A stretch of 64,000 bases of DNA from Candidatus Saccharimonadales bacterium. GTDB lineage: Bacteria; Patescibacteriota; Saccharimonadia; Saccharimonadales; 2-12-FULL-41-12. The position numbers and the translations under genes were made by a program. Positions 55,527-63,119 of this stretch are shown piece after piece. The stretch lies in NCBI GenBank assembly GCA_041600715.1, contig JBFIJM010000001.1:192387-256386 (forward strand), read 5' to 3'. The notes under the pieces are model-generated. The model ran no database searches and was not told where the DNA came from. It worked only from the letters and a program-made list of their open reading frames with translations. The stretch's first letter is position 1; each line of letters starts with the position of its first letter.

Positions 55527-56618
55527 TCAAGCTAGTAGCGCCATAATTGACGCCCCTTCAAGACATGCGTTAGAGTCTTGAGCGCCAAAATCCTTTGTCA
55601 TTATCATTTTAACCTTTACATCTTGATCTTTGGCAAGTACCTGGACTACTCGTTCGCCATAATAAGGAAATTTAAATGCCCCTCCATGAAAAACAATCGT
55701 TAGAGAGGGATCATTCAATGACATATTGTATGCTTTCATCCCGCCGTTAATCATATGTGCAATAACGAAAGCCGAGTGGTCATATAGTTCACCGGCAAAC
55801 TCATTACCGGCTTTATAACAGTCTTCAATATCACGAGCACGCAAATACTCGCCAGTTTTATGTTGCCATTGAGTCTCAATACCAGCCTTATTGGCTCCTA
55901 ATCGTTCTAAGCACACATACTTGGCTCCAAAGACACCACAAGGGGTGTCCTGATCGTATTTATTCAATTCTTGCACAGCCTCCACATGACCAGCTTCATT
56001 AGAATAAATCATTCCATCAACTAATGTAGCAAGGGCTATCCCGCCTCCGTTTATTACGAATAGAACATTTTTTGAGTTAAATTTCTTATATGCCTCAACT
56101 GCCCCCCTGACTAACCCATCAGGACCATCATTTAAGCAAGCTTTTATGCTAGGAGATATATTCTTTAAATCACCTCCATAATGATCATTTAATTCTCCTA
56201 TGAACTGCTTTGCTTTGGGGTGGAATAGCACTTTTGAGCCGTCCATTGGACCACCCCATGTAAGACCAAAAGGAATATTATTTGATGAGGCAAATGCACC
56301 TGCCCGCTCAATAGTCTGCAAATAACCCCTACCATCATCACCTTGGATATCATCCCTGTAGCCATCAATGGTCTTCAGTAATCCATCTTGTACCTTAAAT
56401 AATCTGACAATACCTTTATCTCCTCCAAAGTCAGCTCCCAAGACGTTCGAACCTTCTTTGGAACGTAATATTCTCATAACCTCACCCGCATTAAAGTCAA
56501 ATATGAACTGTGAGTGCATAGAATCTTTACTAAATTTATCTATTTGAAATTCAACAAGATCTGGCACGGGTCTATCAATCAGTAGCTCAACACCACTTTT
56601 GTTATCCCATGTACCCAC
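55527..56618 (-). CDS. ROK-family sugar kinase (glucokinase-like)
   Basis: 363 aa. ADFGGDKG (phosphate-1), LNDGPDGLVRGAVEAY, INGGGIA, and EAGHVE...PCG..G...VCLE resembling the ROK zinc motif. Confidence 0.6.
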   Translation of the reverse strand: MGTWDNKSGVELLIDRPVPDLVEFQIDKFSKDSMHSQFIFDFNAGEVMRILRSKEGSNVLGADFGGDKGIVRLFKVQDGLLKTIDGYRDDIQGDDGRGYLQTIERAGAFASSNNIPFGLTWGGPMDGSKVLFHPKAKQFIGELNDHYGGDLKNISPSIKACLNDGPDGLVRGAVEAYKKFNSKNVLFVINGGGIALATLVDGMIYSNEAGHVEAVQELNKYDQDTPCGVFGAKYVCLERLGANKAGIETQWQHKTGEYLRARDIEDCYKAGNEFAGELYDHSAFVIAHMINGGMKAYNMSLNDPSLTIVFHGGAFKFPYYGERVVQVLAKDQDVKVKMIMTKDFGAQDSNACLEGASIMALLA

Positions 56619-56679
56619 TTAAGACTCCTAGTTTTTATTTACATAAGCTTTATATAAGTCTATTATGATGGATTTAACC

Positions 56680-56718
56680 AAAAAATAAAACCACAGAACT
56701 TATTACTAATCTGCGGTT
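56680..56718 (-). terminator. rho-independent terminator after rpmG
   Basis: Minus strand: AACCGCAGA, 12-nt loop, TCTGTGGTT (one G-U pair), then TTATTTTTT. Confidence 0.6.
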
Positions 56719-56736
56719 AAATTAAATAGGTTTGTC

Positions 56737-56943
56737 TTATTTCTTACGGGGCTTAACTTCGTTTCGACCGAGGTTCTTTTTTGTCTCAGTGAATACAACG
56801 TGTTTACGTAACTTTGGACTGTATTTTTTCAAGCTAAGCTTGTCAGGAGTATTCATTGTGTTTTTTGTGGTGTAATACACTCGCTCACCTGATTCTTCAG
56901 ACACAAGTCCTACTAATTTTCGTTTATCGGTTTTCTTTGCCAT
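56737..56943 (-). CDS. rpmG: 50S ribosomal protein L33 with a short basic C-terminal extension
   Basis: 68 aa. MAKK...[41 protein letters not shown] matches the L33 pattern. Confidence 0.85.
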   Translation of the reverse strand: MAKKTDKRKLVGLVSEESGERVYYTTKNTMNTPDKLSLKKYSPKLRKHVVFTETKKNLGRNEVKPRKK

Positions 56944-56983
56944 AGGGGTTTATTCTAACAGATTGGATAACCTATGTAAATAC

Positions 56984-57346
56984 TCAAAAGTTGGTCCATG
57001 GGTGCTCAAGCGAACCATAATATACATCAGGCCCGCCAAACTGATCGGCAGTAATGTCAACAATCTCAAATTTAGAAAGCTTAAGTACTGTGTGACCATA
57101 CCCATTATATCGCCCGTACTTAATTTGTCCTGCGCCAATTTCTTCTCTTAAGTATGCACTGGCCATACTACAGCATCCGTTAGGAAAATCATCTCGCGCA
57201 CCATCAATATATTCCTGAATATTTGCCACTCCTGGGTACCATATTCCAAACCTAGCCTTCAGTAAACTACTGTCAATAGAGCCATCTTCAAACGCATTTC
57301 TGGTTTGACTTACTATATTTAAAATTTCTGGTTTATTCACGATCAC
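56984..57346 (-). CDS. hypothetical protein (120 aa) with a Cys...His...Asp arrangement
   Basis: NGCCSMASAYL, GYGHTVLKL, and IVDITADQF are spaced like a small papain/NlpC-P60-type thiol hydrolase. No signal peptide. Unverified. Confidence 0.5.
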   Translation of the reverse strand: MIVNKPEILNIVSQTRNAFEDGSIDSSLLKARFGIWYPGVANIQEYIDGARDDFPNGCCSMASAYLREEIGAGQIKYGRYNGYGHTVLKLSKFEIVDITADQFGGPDVYYGSLEHPWTNF

Positions 57347-57444
57347 GAGATATATTAATCAAATAATGAATATATGTAACAAGTCTAAAGAGTTATTCCG
57401 TGACTTTAGGGATAAATTTTCATTAATGATACAGCAACTAAGAC

Positions 57445-57521
57445 TGGAGCCACCTGTCGGATTCGAACCGACGACCCTCTGTTTACAAAACAGATGCTCT
57501 AACCAACTGAGCTAAGGTGGC
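57445..57521 (-). tRNA. tRNA-Thr (anticodon UGU), CCA encoded
   Basis: Manual cloverleaf: acceptor GCCACCT/AGGTGGC, D arm GCTC-AGTTGGTTA-GAGC, anticodon arm TCTGT-TTTGTAA-ACAGA, T arm GTCGG-TTCGAAT-CCGAC, 3' TCCA. Confidence 0.9.
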
Positions 57522-57553
57522 GTAATACAATACTAACTGTTAATTCCTGCTTC

Positions 57554-57621
57554 CAGTTGGTTAGAGCTTAATGCACTCTACTTATTTTGCAACGAAGTTG
57601 CGCCAACTGAGCTAAGGTGGC
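57554..57621 (-). repeat. duplicated tRNA-Thr(UGU) fragments (not a functional tRNA)
   Basis: A 19-nt direct copy of the tRNA 5' end (57603-57621 = 57503-57521, exactly 100 nt apart) and a 14-nt inverted copy of the D-arm (57554-57567 versus 57496-57509). No T arm or 3' acceptor strand. Confidence 0.6.
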
Positions 57622-57682
57622 AGATTGTATTAAAGTACCAATAGATTCTACCAATTAACACTAGTTTTAACAATAGTTTTTA

Positions 57683-57904
57683 TTAAAAGTCAGCCTCATC
57701 ATCAGGGTCTCTATTTTCTTTGAAAGCGACTTGATGGAATAAATCATAAAGTGACATTTTTTCATCTTGGATATGGGCAAACGTAAAATTATGCAGACCA
57801 AGTCGTCTGTCCAATACCTCGAGCTCATCATCATTCCATGCCCTATCAGAAATTATTAATCTGCGTGAATTACCATAATTTTCTCTAATCTCATTTTCAG
57901 TCAT
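57683..57904 (-). CDS. small acidic hypothetical protein (73 aa)
   Basis: Follows the 113-aa ORF by 9 nt. D/E-rich. No motif recognised. Confidence 0.45.
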   Translation of the reverse strand: MTENEIRENYGNSRRLIISDRAWNDDELEVLDRRLGLHNFTFAHIQDEKMSLYDLFHQVAFKENRDPDDEADF

Positions 57905-57913
57905 TGTCTGTAG

Positions 57914-58255
57914 CTAGTTATAGCTATTACTCCAGTCCCATATACCCATAAGTGAATCATCTATGACAAGCCCGAGACCATCAGCGCCCTTACTTGTTTG
58001 TGTAAGAAAACATCCTATTATACAAAACTCAAATAAATTTCCATCCTTGAATAGTTCTTGCATCTCTTCAAAGGAATAGGTTTGTACGTCTTCGCAGACA
58101 CTTGTCTGATAAGTATGAGAATTAATAATGATATCTTCGCGATCGATAAATCTCATGTCACCTGCCTTCATATCGCGGACTAATGTTTCAAGCTGTATTG
58201 GTTGCACTTCGTATGGCTCGCCGTACACGTAGCCTTTAGGTTCCATGGATTCCAT
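57914..58255 (-). CDS. acidic hypothetical protein (113 aa)
   Basis: Only long ORF between the tRNA genes. D/E-rich. No motif recognised. Confidence 0.5.
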   Translation of the reverse strand: MESMEPKGYVYGEPYEVQPIQLETLVRDMKAGDMRFIDREDIIINSHTYQTSVCEDVQTYSFEEMQELFKDGNLFEFCIIGCFLTQTSKGADGLGLVIDDSLMGIWDWSNSYN

Positions 58256-58340
58256 AGAACTATAGTAAACGAGATCGTCTTTATTATGCTACTTATGCTT
58301 TATTTATATCTGTTTTTCTGATATATTAGTCAGGTCTCAG

Positions 58341-58415
<75 letters not shown>

Positions 58416-58523
58416 TGCTAAGATAGTTGTAAGCTATTAACAAATATGCCCAGTAGTGAACTTATGCTCGCACTAACGATGCACACGTTCACATATTACG
58501 GACTAGTAAAAGTCTACTACTGG

Positions 58524-58609
58524 GCAGGGTTAGTGAAGCGGTCAAACACGTCAGACTGTAAATCTGATGGCTTATGCCTTCGCAGGTTCGAATCCTGCAC
58601 CCTGCACCA
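58524..58609 (+). tRNA. tRNA-Tyr (anticodon GUA), class II with long variable arm, CCA encoded
   Basis: Manual cloverleaf: acceptor GCAGGGT/ACCCTGC, D stem GTG/CAC, anticodon arm TCAGA-CTGTAAA-TCTGA, variable arm TGGCTTATGCCTTC, T arm GCAGG-TTCGAAT-CCTGC, 3' ACCA. Confidence 0.9.
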
Positions 58610-58617
58610 AATTAACA

Positions 58618-58641
58618 ACCCGACGTTCATATCGGGTTTTT
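58618..58641 (+). terminator. rho-independent terminator after tRNA-Tyr
   Basis: ACCCGA (58618-58623) pairs with TCGGGT (58632-58637), 8-nt loop, then TTTT. Confidence 0.65.
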
Positions 58642-58649
58642 AATTTGCT

Positions 58650-58790
58650 TTAGAGCCGTACGTGTCCGAACCTTAAGAAGGCGAGTTGTCGCGAGACAAC
58701 ACCTTAGCAGGTTCGGTCATCAAAGCCACGCACAGAAGCTCGCTTCGAGCATGGCTACAGGTGTGCGCTAGTCTGCACCCTGCACCTTAG
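58650..58790 (+). other. GC-rich structured element containing a split copy of the tRNA-Tyr 3' third
   Basis: CCTTAGCAGGTTCG (58702-58715) is 13/14 identical to tRNA 58577-58590. CTGCACCCTGCACC (58773-58786) equals tRNA 58595-58608. They are separated by 57 nt. Stems: CCGAACC/GGTTCGG, GTTGTC-GCGA-GACAAC, CGCACA/TGTGCG, GCTCG-CTT-CGAGC. Confidence 0.4.
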
Positions 58791-58813
58791 CACGTATTTG
58801 GTATAATAAAGCT

Positions 58814-58984
58814 ATGAAATGTCTTAAATGTAATAAAACAATGCGTAAAGTACGTTGGGAAATTACAAACAACTTTAAGACTGGTAAAGACTTCACAGAG
58901 TATGATAAATATACATATGAGTGCAAAGTGGATGATATTTGGGTAACAACTGAAACACCTATAGCTATCAAATCTGCTAGCTAA
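58814..58984 (+). CDS. small Cys-containing hypothetical protein (56 aa), probably leaderless
   Basis: Below the ORF-track cutoff. Reads MKCLKCNKTMRKVRWEITNNFKTGKDFTEYDKYTYECKVDDIWVTTETPIAIKSAS. An extended -10 TGgTATAAT (58799-58807) ends 6 nt before the ATG (A of the ATG at +7), and there is no SD. Confidence 0.4.
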   Translation: MKCLKCNKTMRKVRWEITNNFKTGKDFTEYDKYTYECKVDDIWVTTETPIAIKSAS

Positions 58985-59649
58985 ACAACAACCCGACGTG
59001 CGCGCTTGATTTTTCTATGTAGCTTACGACCACTAGGCGTTTTGACCGGTTTTAGCTTCTTTAAGATATCTTCTGTGAGATCTGCTTTTTCTACCGCTCC
59101 TACACTTTGATAGGCTCTTGCAAGGATAGTATAGGTTTCACGTGTTGGCTCCAGCTCAGTAGCACGCTCAAGCTCCTCGATCATACGTTTTTCGTTACCG
59201 AGCTTCTCGTGTGCCTTTGCTATCGCTATGTGTCTCGCAGCCATTGTGTCATCTAGCTTTAATGCTTCGTCAAAAGCAGTAACTGCTTTTGGATAATTTT
59301 CAGTTTCATAATATATAAGTCCCAAGTTATGGAGACTAGATGCAGTTGGCTCAATACTACATGCGATTTCGAAGCAATCAATAGCATCCCGATACTCCTT
59401 TTGTTTAGCATACAAAATTCCCAAACGATTATATGCTGCTGCATTTTTTTCATCTATTTTTAGGATAGTTAGCAATGCTTTTTCAGCACGCAGTAAACGG
59501 TTTTCTCGCATCCCTTGATGAACAACATCCCAAAGTTTGCCCATTCTGTCGCTAATTTTGTGGGGTACATCGGGCTCTTCTTCGTCGTGTTTTACGAATG
59601 ATCGAAAAGTTAATACACCAACACCTGCTAAAATAATTAGTTCATACAT
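58981..59649 (-). CDS. TPR-repeat protein with N-terminal membrane anchor
   Basis: 222 aa. N-terminal TM (MYELIILAGVGVLTF) and about four TPR-like repeats (AAAYNRLGILYAKQKEYRDAIDCFE ...). Confidence 0.65.
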   Translation of the reverse strand: MYELIILAGVGVLTFRSFVKHDEEEPDVPHKISDRMGKLWDVVHQGMRENRLLRAEKALLTILKIDEKNAAAYNRLGILYAKQKEYRDAIDCFEIACSIEPTASSLHNLGLIYYETENYPKAVTAFDEALKLDDTMAARHIAIAKAHEKLGNEKRMIEELERATELEPTRETYTILARAYQSVGAVEKADLTEDILKKLKPVKTPSGRKLHRKIKRARRVVV

Positions 59650-59673
59650 AATTTCAGATACAATTATAGCATT

Positions 59674-60507
59674 TTATAGTGCCAAAAATAACCTTGAAAG
59701 GACTAGCTTCTGATGCACTCCGGAGTGAATGTCCTCGTTTGCTTCTAGTATACTCTTAAGTCTAACCTGTTGTTGCTTGATCAATTTATTATCTTTATGA
59801 CTGCTTATTGCCAATGCATAGGATGCATTGATCAGTCTTAGCATGCCATCTAGGAATATTTTTGTGTCTAGTTCTTTATCTTTCAACAAAACATCGATAG
59901 CCGATAACCTCTGGTATTTTTCTAAAGATAGCAACTCCTTAGATTTAGACACTGCTTTGGCTAGGGGATGGTCTTTAGAATCCGCGAGCAATGAAACAAA
60001 TAAGCCAGCTGATCCACCGCTTAAATAAAATGAACTCTCAGCTTTTGGACTACTGCTGAAAGCGAGAGCATGGGTGCGGGTCACAGGCCGTACATATAGC
60101 TGAGGCACTCGCGAGAATATTGTTGGTAACACAGATTTCGTATCACTAATAGTGAGGATTAACACTGTGTCCAGGGGCGGTTCTTCAAGCGTTTTTAGCA
60201 GTGCATTTTGAGCCTCGTGTCCTAAAGAATCAAAATCATTAAATATAACTATTCTTCTAACTTGCTTATCCCCAGGGACTTGTAAAGTGAGCTTTTTCTG
60301 TATTTTTCTCACATCATCTATACCACTGTCCAGTCCGTAAATCTCATATAAATGAGGGCTTTTATTGCCGATCAGATTAGTGGCGATTGTCCTGGCCAAA
60401 TGCGATTTACCTGCCCCCATTACACCGGTTAGTATAATTCCATTACTAGGTGATCTAATGAATGAATCTATCTGTTTTTTGGTTTTATCGTGCAGAAGTA
60501 GGCTCAT
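59674..60507 (-). CDS. holB: DNA polymerase III delta-prime subunit
   Basis: 277 aa. GVMGAGKSHLA Walker A-like, QNALLKTLEEPP, and IFSRV (SRC-like). Confidence 0.75.
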   Translation of the reverse strand: MSLLLHDKTKKQIDSFIRSPSNGIILTGVMGAGKSHLARTIATNLIGNKSPHLYEIYGLDSGIDDVRKIQKKLTLQVPGDKQVRRIVIFNDFDSLGHEAQNALLKTLEEPPLDTVLILTISDTKSVLPTIFSRVPQLYVRPVTRTHALAFSSSPKAESSFYLSGGSAGLFVSLLADSKDHPLAKAVSKSKELLSLEKYQRLSAIDVLLKDKELDTKIFLDGMLRLINASYALAISSHKDNKLIKQQQVRLKSILEANEDIHSGVHQKLVLSRLFLAL

Positions 60508-61340
60508 AATATCGACTCATAAAAGATCTCAGGAACAGAGGCTGAAAAAGTCATTCTTTCGCTTGAAGGGACAGTAATCTCTAGCTCATGAGCGTGCAAA
60601 AATAAACGTGAAGCTGATCGTCCATCATATAAAACATCACCTACTATCGGGTGTTTTAAATAATTCATATGAACCCTCAATTGATGAGTCCTGCCAGTAA
60701 CCGGCCGTAACTCCAGGATACTGTCTGAACCTATCTTGTCGAGTACTTTGTATTCTGTTTGGGCCAACTTACCATTATTACCCACCCTGAAGGTCTGAGG
60801 TTTACGCGGATTACGCTCTATTGGCAAGTCAATTACTGCATGGTGTTGCTGGAGTATGCCTTCAACTCTAGCTATATAGACTTTTTTTGCCTTCCGGAGT
60901 TGAAACTGCTTTTGTAGCTTACCTAACGCTACACGGTTTTTTGCGCAGATCATAACCCCACTGGTGGCTCTGTCCAATCGATGCACAATACCACCTCTGT
61001 CATTTTCACTAGTAAATGTGAAGTCTTTTCTCTCGCGTAGCCAAGTTGCTACCGTCTGCTCAGGATTATATTCGCCCTTGCTATGAACCAAAACTCCTAG
61101 TGGCTTGTTGATGACTACACAATCAGAATCTTCATATAATACTTCTAGTTTTAGAGGCTTCTGGTCATTAATACTAAGGGCAGATGTATCCAGTTCAATA
61201 GACTGGCCATCTTTAACTTTTTCCTTAGGAATTGTTTTTATCTTGCCATTTATTGTCACATGCTCATTAAGTATCATTTTCTGCAACAATGACCGACTAT
61301 ACTGTGGGTACTTTTGTTGCAAAAAAACATCCAGTCTCAT
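60504..61340 (-). CDS. rluD: RluA-family 23S rRNA pseudouridine synthase (RluD-like)
   Basis: 278 aa. N-terminal S4-like domain, the catalytic HRLDRATSGVMICAK motif, and GRTHQLRVH. Confidence 0.85.
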   Translation of the reverse strand: MRLDVFLQQKYPQYSRSLLQKMILNEHVTINGKIKTIPKEKVKDGQSIELDTSALSINDQKPLKLEVLYEDSDCVVINKPLGVLVHSKGEYNPEQTVATWLRERKDFTFTSENDRGGIVHRLDRATSGVMICAKNRVALGKLQKQFQLRKAKKVYIARVEGILQQHHAVIDLPIERNPRKPQTFRVGNNGKLAQTEYKVLDKIGSDSILELRPVTGRTHQLRVHMNYLKHPIVGDVLYDGRSASRLFLHAHELEITVPSSERMTFSASVPEIFYESIL

Positions 61341-61345
61341 TACGT

Positions 61346-62359
61346 CTACCGTAGGCCGACAGCTTTTTGAACACGTAGCAAGGTCTCATTTGCAATCTTG
61401 TTCATGGTCTGTTCGCTCTTTACAAGATTCTTCTCAAGTTCAGTCACATCGACCTGTTCGTAAGCATGATTAAAATCAGAAAGGAACGCTGACAACTTAT
61501 CTGCTAGTGCTGTTTTGAACGGCCCATATTGTTCTTGCCCGATGAATTCTTCTTTGTTACCACCTAGTAACTCATAAAGATCTAGTAAGTTAGCAAGGCC
61601 AGGCTGGTTTATCTGATCATAATTAATTTTTCCTATAGAATCTGTAGTGGCGCTCATAATCTTTTTTCGGGCTGATTCTGGATCATCACTTAAAAAGACT
61701 ACACCTTTGCCAGATTCATCGCTTTTGCTCATCTTTTTGGTAGGGTCTTGCAAGTCCATTATTCTGAGTCCCTCATGTTTTCCAAAGAATTTATGTTGCT
61801 CTGGTACAGACTTTGGAACGAGGAAAATGTCCCCAAACTTATTATTAATCCTCTGTGCAATGTCTCTAGTAAACTCTAGATGCTGTGTCTGATCGTCGCC
61901 AACTGGCACATATACAGCGTTATAAAGCAGAATATCAGAAGCCATCAACACTGGGTAGTTGAACAAGCCAACTGATGTTCTTTCATCTCCATACTTACCA
62001 GTCTTATCTTTGAATTGTGTCATACGAGCCATTTCACCGACTCCCGTGAAGCAACTTAGTATCCAGGTAAGCTCGCTGTGAGCTGACACGTAACTTTGAC
62101 GATAAATATGCACATCAGGGTTACCAAGTGGCATACCAGAAGCCACAAACAGCCTGAGGTTGTTCATTATCTGTTCCTGTAATTGTCTATGATCTATAGG
62201 TGTGGTAAAACTGTGAAGATCTGGAACAAATATATTGATTTGATACTCACCTGCATTACTTCTAGCCATCTCTACCATAGGTAATATAGCTCCAAAATAG
62301 TTACCTATATGAAGATCGTTATTAGCCCGCAGGCCCGTCAAAACTACTGGTTTACTCAT
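61346..62359 (-). CDS. trpS: tryptophan--tRNA ligase
   Basis: 337 aa. DLHIGNYFG (HIGH-type), GDDQTQHLEFTRDIA, and KMSKS. Confidence 0.95.
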   Translation of the reverse strand: MSKPVVLTGLRANNDLHIGNYFGAILPMVEMARSNAGEYQINIFVPDLHSFTTPIDHRQLQEQIMNNLRLFVASGMPLGNPDVHIYRQSYVSAHSELTWILSCFTGVGEMARMTQFKDKTGKYGDERTSVGLFNYPVLMASDILLYNAVYVPVGDDQTQHLEFTRDIAQRINNKFGDIFLVPKSVPEQHKFFGKHEGLRIMDLQDPTKKMSKSDESGKGVVFLSDDPESARKKIMSATTDSIGKINYDQINQPGLANLLDLYELLGGNKEEFIGQEQYGPFKTALADKLSAFLSDFNHAYEQVDVTELEKNLVKSEQTMNKIANETLLRVQKAVGLR

Positions 62360-62442
62360 GTCTTAGTCTATTATACCCCATCTGATACCCGCCAAGCTGC
62401 ATATGCTTGCTACGAGGGGTGAAAAGAGAGATACTAAGATCC

Positions 62443-63072
62443 ATGAGCGAGAGATTTAATAGCCCTAACGTACATGTACGGCCTATGACGTGGGTATGCG
62501 ATCTATTTGAGCGAGTCCAATTAGATGAAGCAATGACAGCCATCCAACACTTTAACGAGTCTGGAGAGCCAACATCAGTGTGGTCTCATAGCCAGTGGAG
62601 CGACTCAAGACGAAGTTCTGCATTATCAAATTACGAAATCAATCAGCAAATCTCCTCAATTTTTGAACTGTGTGGTGTTACTGACAATTTTCATCAGCAA
62701 ATTAAGCTACTACGAAAGCCGAATGACGATTTTATTCCAACTGAACAAACATTTGGAACTCACACACCAAAACCAACTGAAATTGTGCAGTGGCTTGGCG
62801 ACTTTGACACATTCACACGAGACGATGTGAATGATTTTGAGACAGGATTCATTATTGATACGCCTAAAGCGCTAGTAGCATTTAAGTATCGCTCAGAAGA
62901 AGCCGGCGTGTGTTGCAACGACTGTAATCTTCATGACCTTGATCCTGGCAAGTCGTGCGACCATTTCATAGAGGAGTTCGACATTGAATCTACCTACCAA
63001 ATATGTCTGTACCCGAAAGACGCACTTAATCAAATTAGTTTCTACGCAGACAAATTTGGTCGAGTGTATTGA
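62443..63072 (+). CDS. hypothetical protein (about 209 aa; start uncertain)
   Basis: The track ORF starts at a TTG (62407). The first ATG (MSERFN) is at 62443. A C-terminal Cys cluster is present (CCNDCNLHDLDPGKSCDH). No family recognised. Confidence 0.5.
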   Translation: MSERFNSPNVHVRPMTWVCDLFERVQLDEAMTAIQHFNESGEPTSVWSHSQWSDSRRSSALSNYEINQQISSIFELCGVTDNFHQQIKLLRKPNDDFIPTEQTFGTHTPKPTEIVQWLGDFDTFTRDDVNDFETGFIIDTPKALVAFKYRSEEAGVCCNDCNLHDLDPGKSCDHFIEEFDIESTYQICLYPKDALNQISFYADKFGRVY

Positions 63073-63080
63073 AGTAAAAT

Positions 63081-63113
63081 AAATAATCCCGGAATATACT
63101 TCCGGGATTATTT
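63081..63113. terminator. strong bidirectional intrinsic terminator
   Basis: A 14-bp perfect stem AAATAATCCCGGAA / TTCCGGGATTATTT with loop TATAC. On the minus strand it is followed by TTTATTTT. Confidence 0.75.
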
Positions 63114-63119
63114 CCACCA

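Noticed and set aside
57522-57621. Possible second tRNA-Thr gene (or intron-containing, split or permuted tRNA) upstream of tRNA-Thr(UGU)
   Set aside because: Only the first 19 nt match. There is no anticodon arm, no GTTCGAATC T arm and no 3' acceptor strand before the next gene. It is reported as a repeat instead.
58446-58643. 65-aa plus-strand ORF
   Set aside because: It runs straight through tRNA-Tyr and its terminator, so it is an artefact.
58768-58971. 67-aa minus-strand ORF antisense to the small Cys protein
   Set aside because: It is hydrophobic and low-complexity with no RBS or promoter. The plus-strand 56-aa ORF has an extended -10 at the right distance and a more protein-like sequence.
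58613-58999. 13-nt direct repeat AACAACCCGACGT (58613-58625 and 58987-58999) as target-site duplication of a mini-element
   Set aside because: The second copy lies inside the coding end of the TPR gene (..RARRVVV). A single 13-mer repeat at this distance is only borderline unlikely by my rough estimate, so I do not rely on it.
61105-61473. Long antisense ORFs inside well-supported genes (61105-61473, 11747-12085, 42470-42796, 50694-51008, 27889-28206, 21104-21412)
   Set aside because: Each lies opposite a gene with clear family motifs and has no start signals of its own. I treat them as shadow ORFs, although 100-120 aa antisense frames are somewhat long for AT-rich DNA.
62803-62818. TTTGACACATTTCACA, a 9/10 match to the palindrome family
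   Set aside because: It lies in the middle of the 62443-63072 coding region with no promoter context, so it is likely chance.
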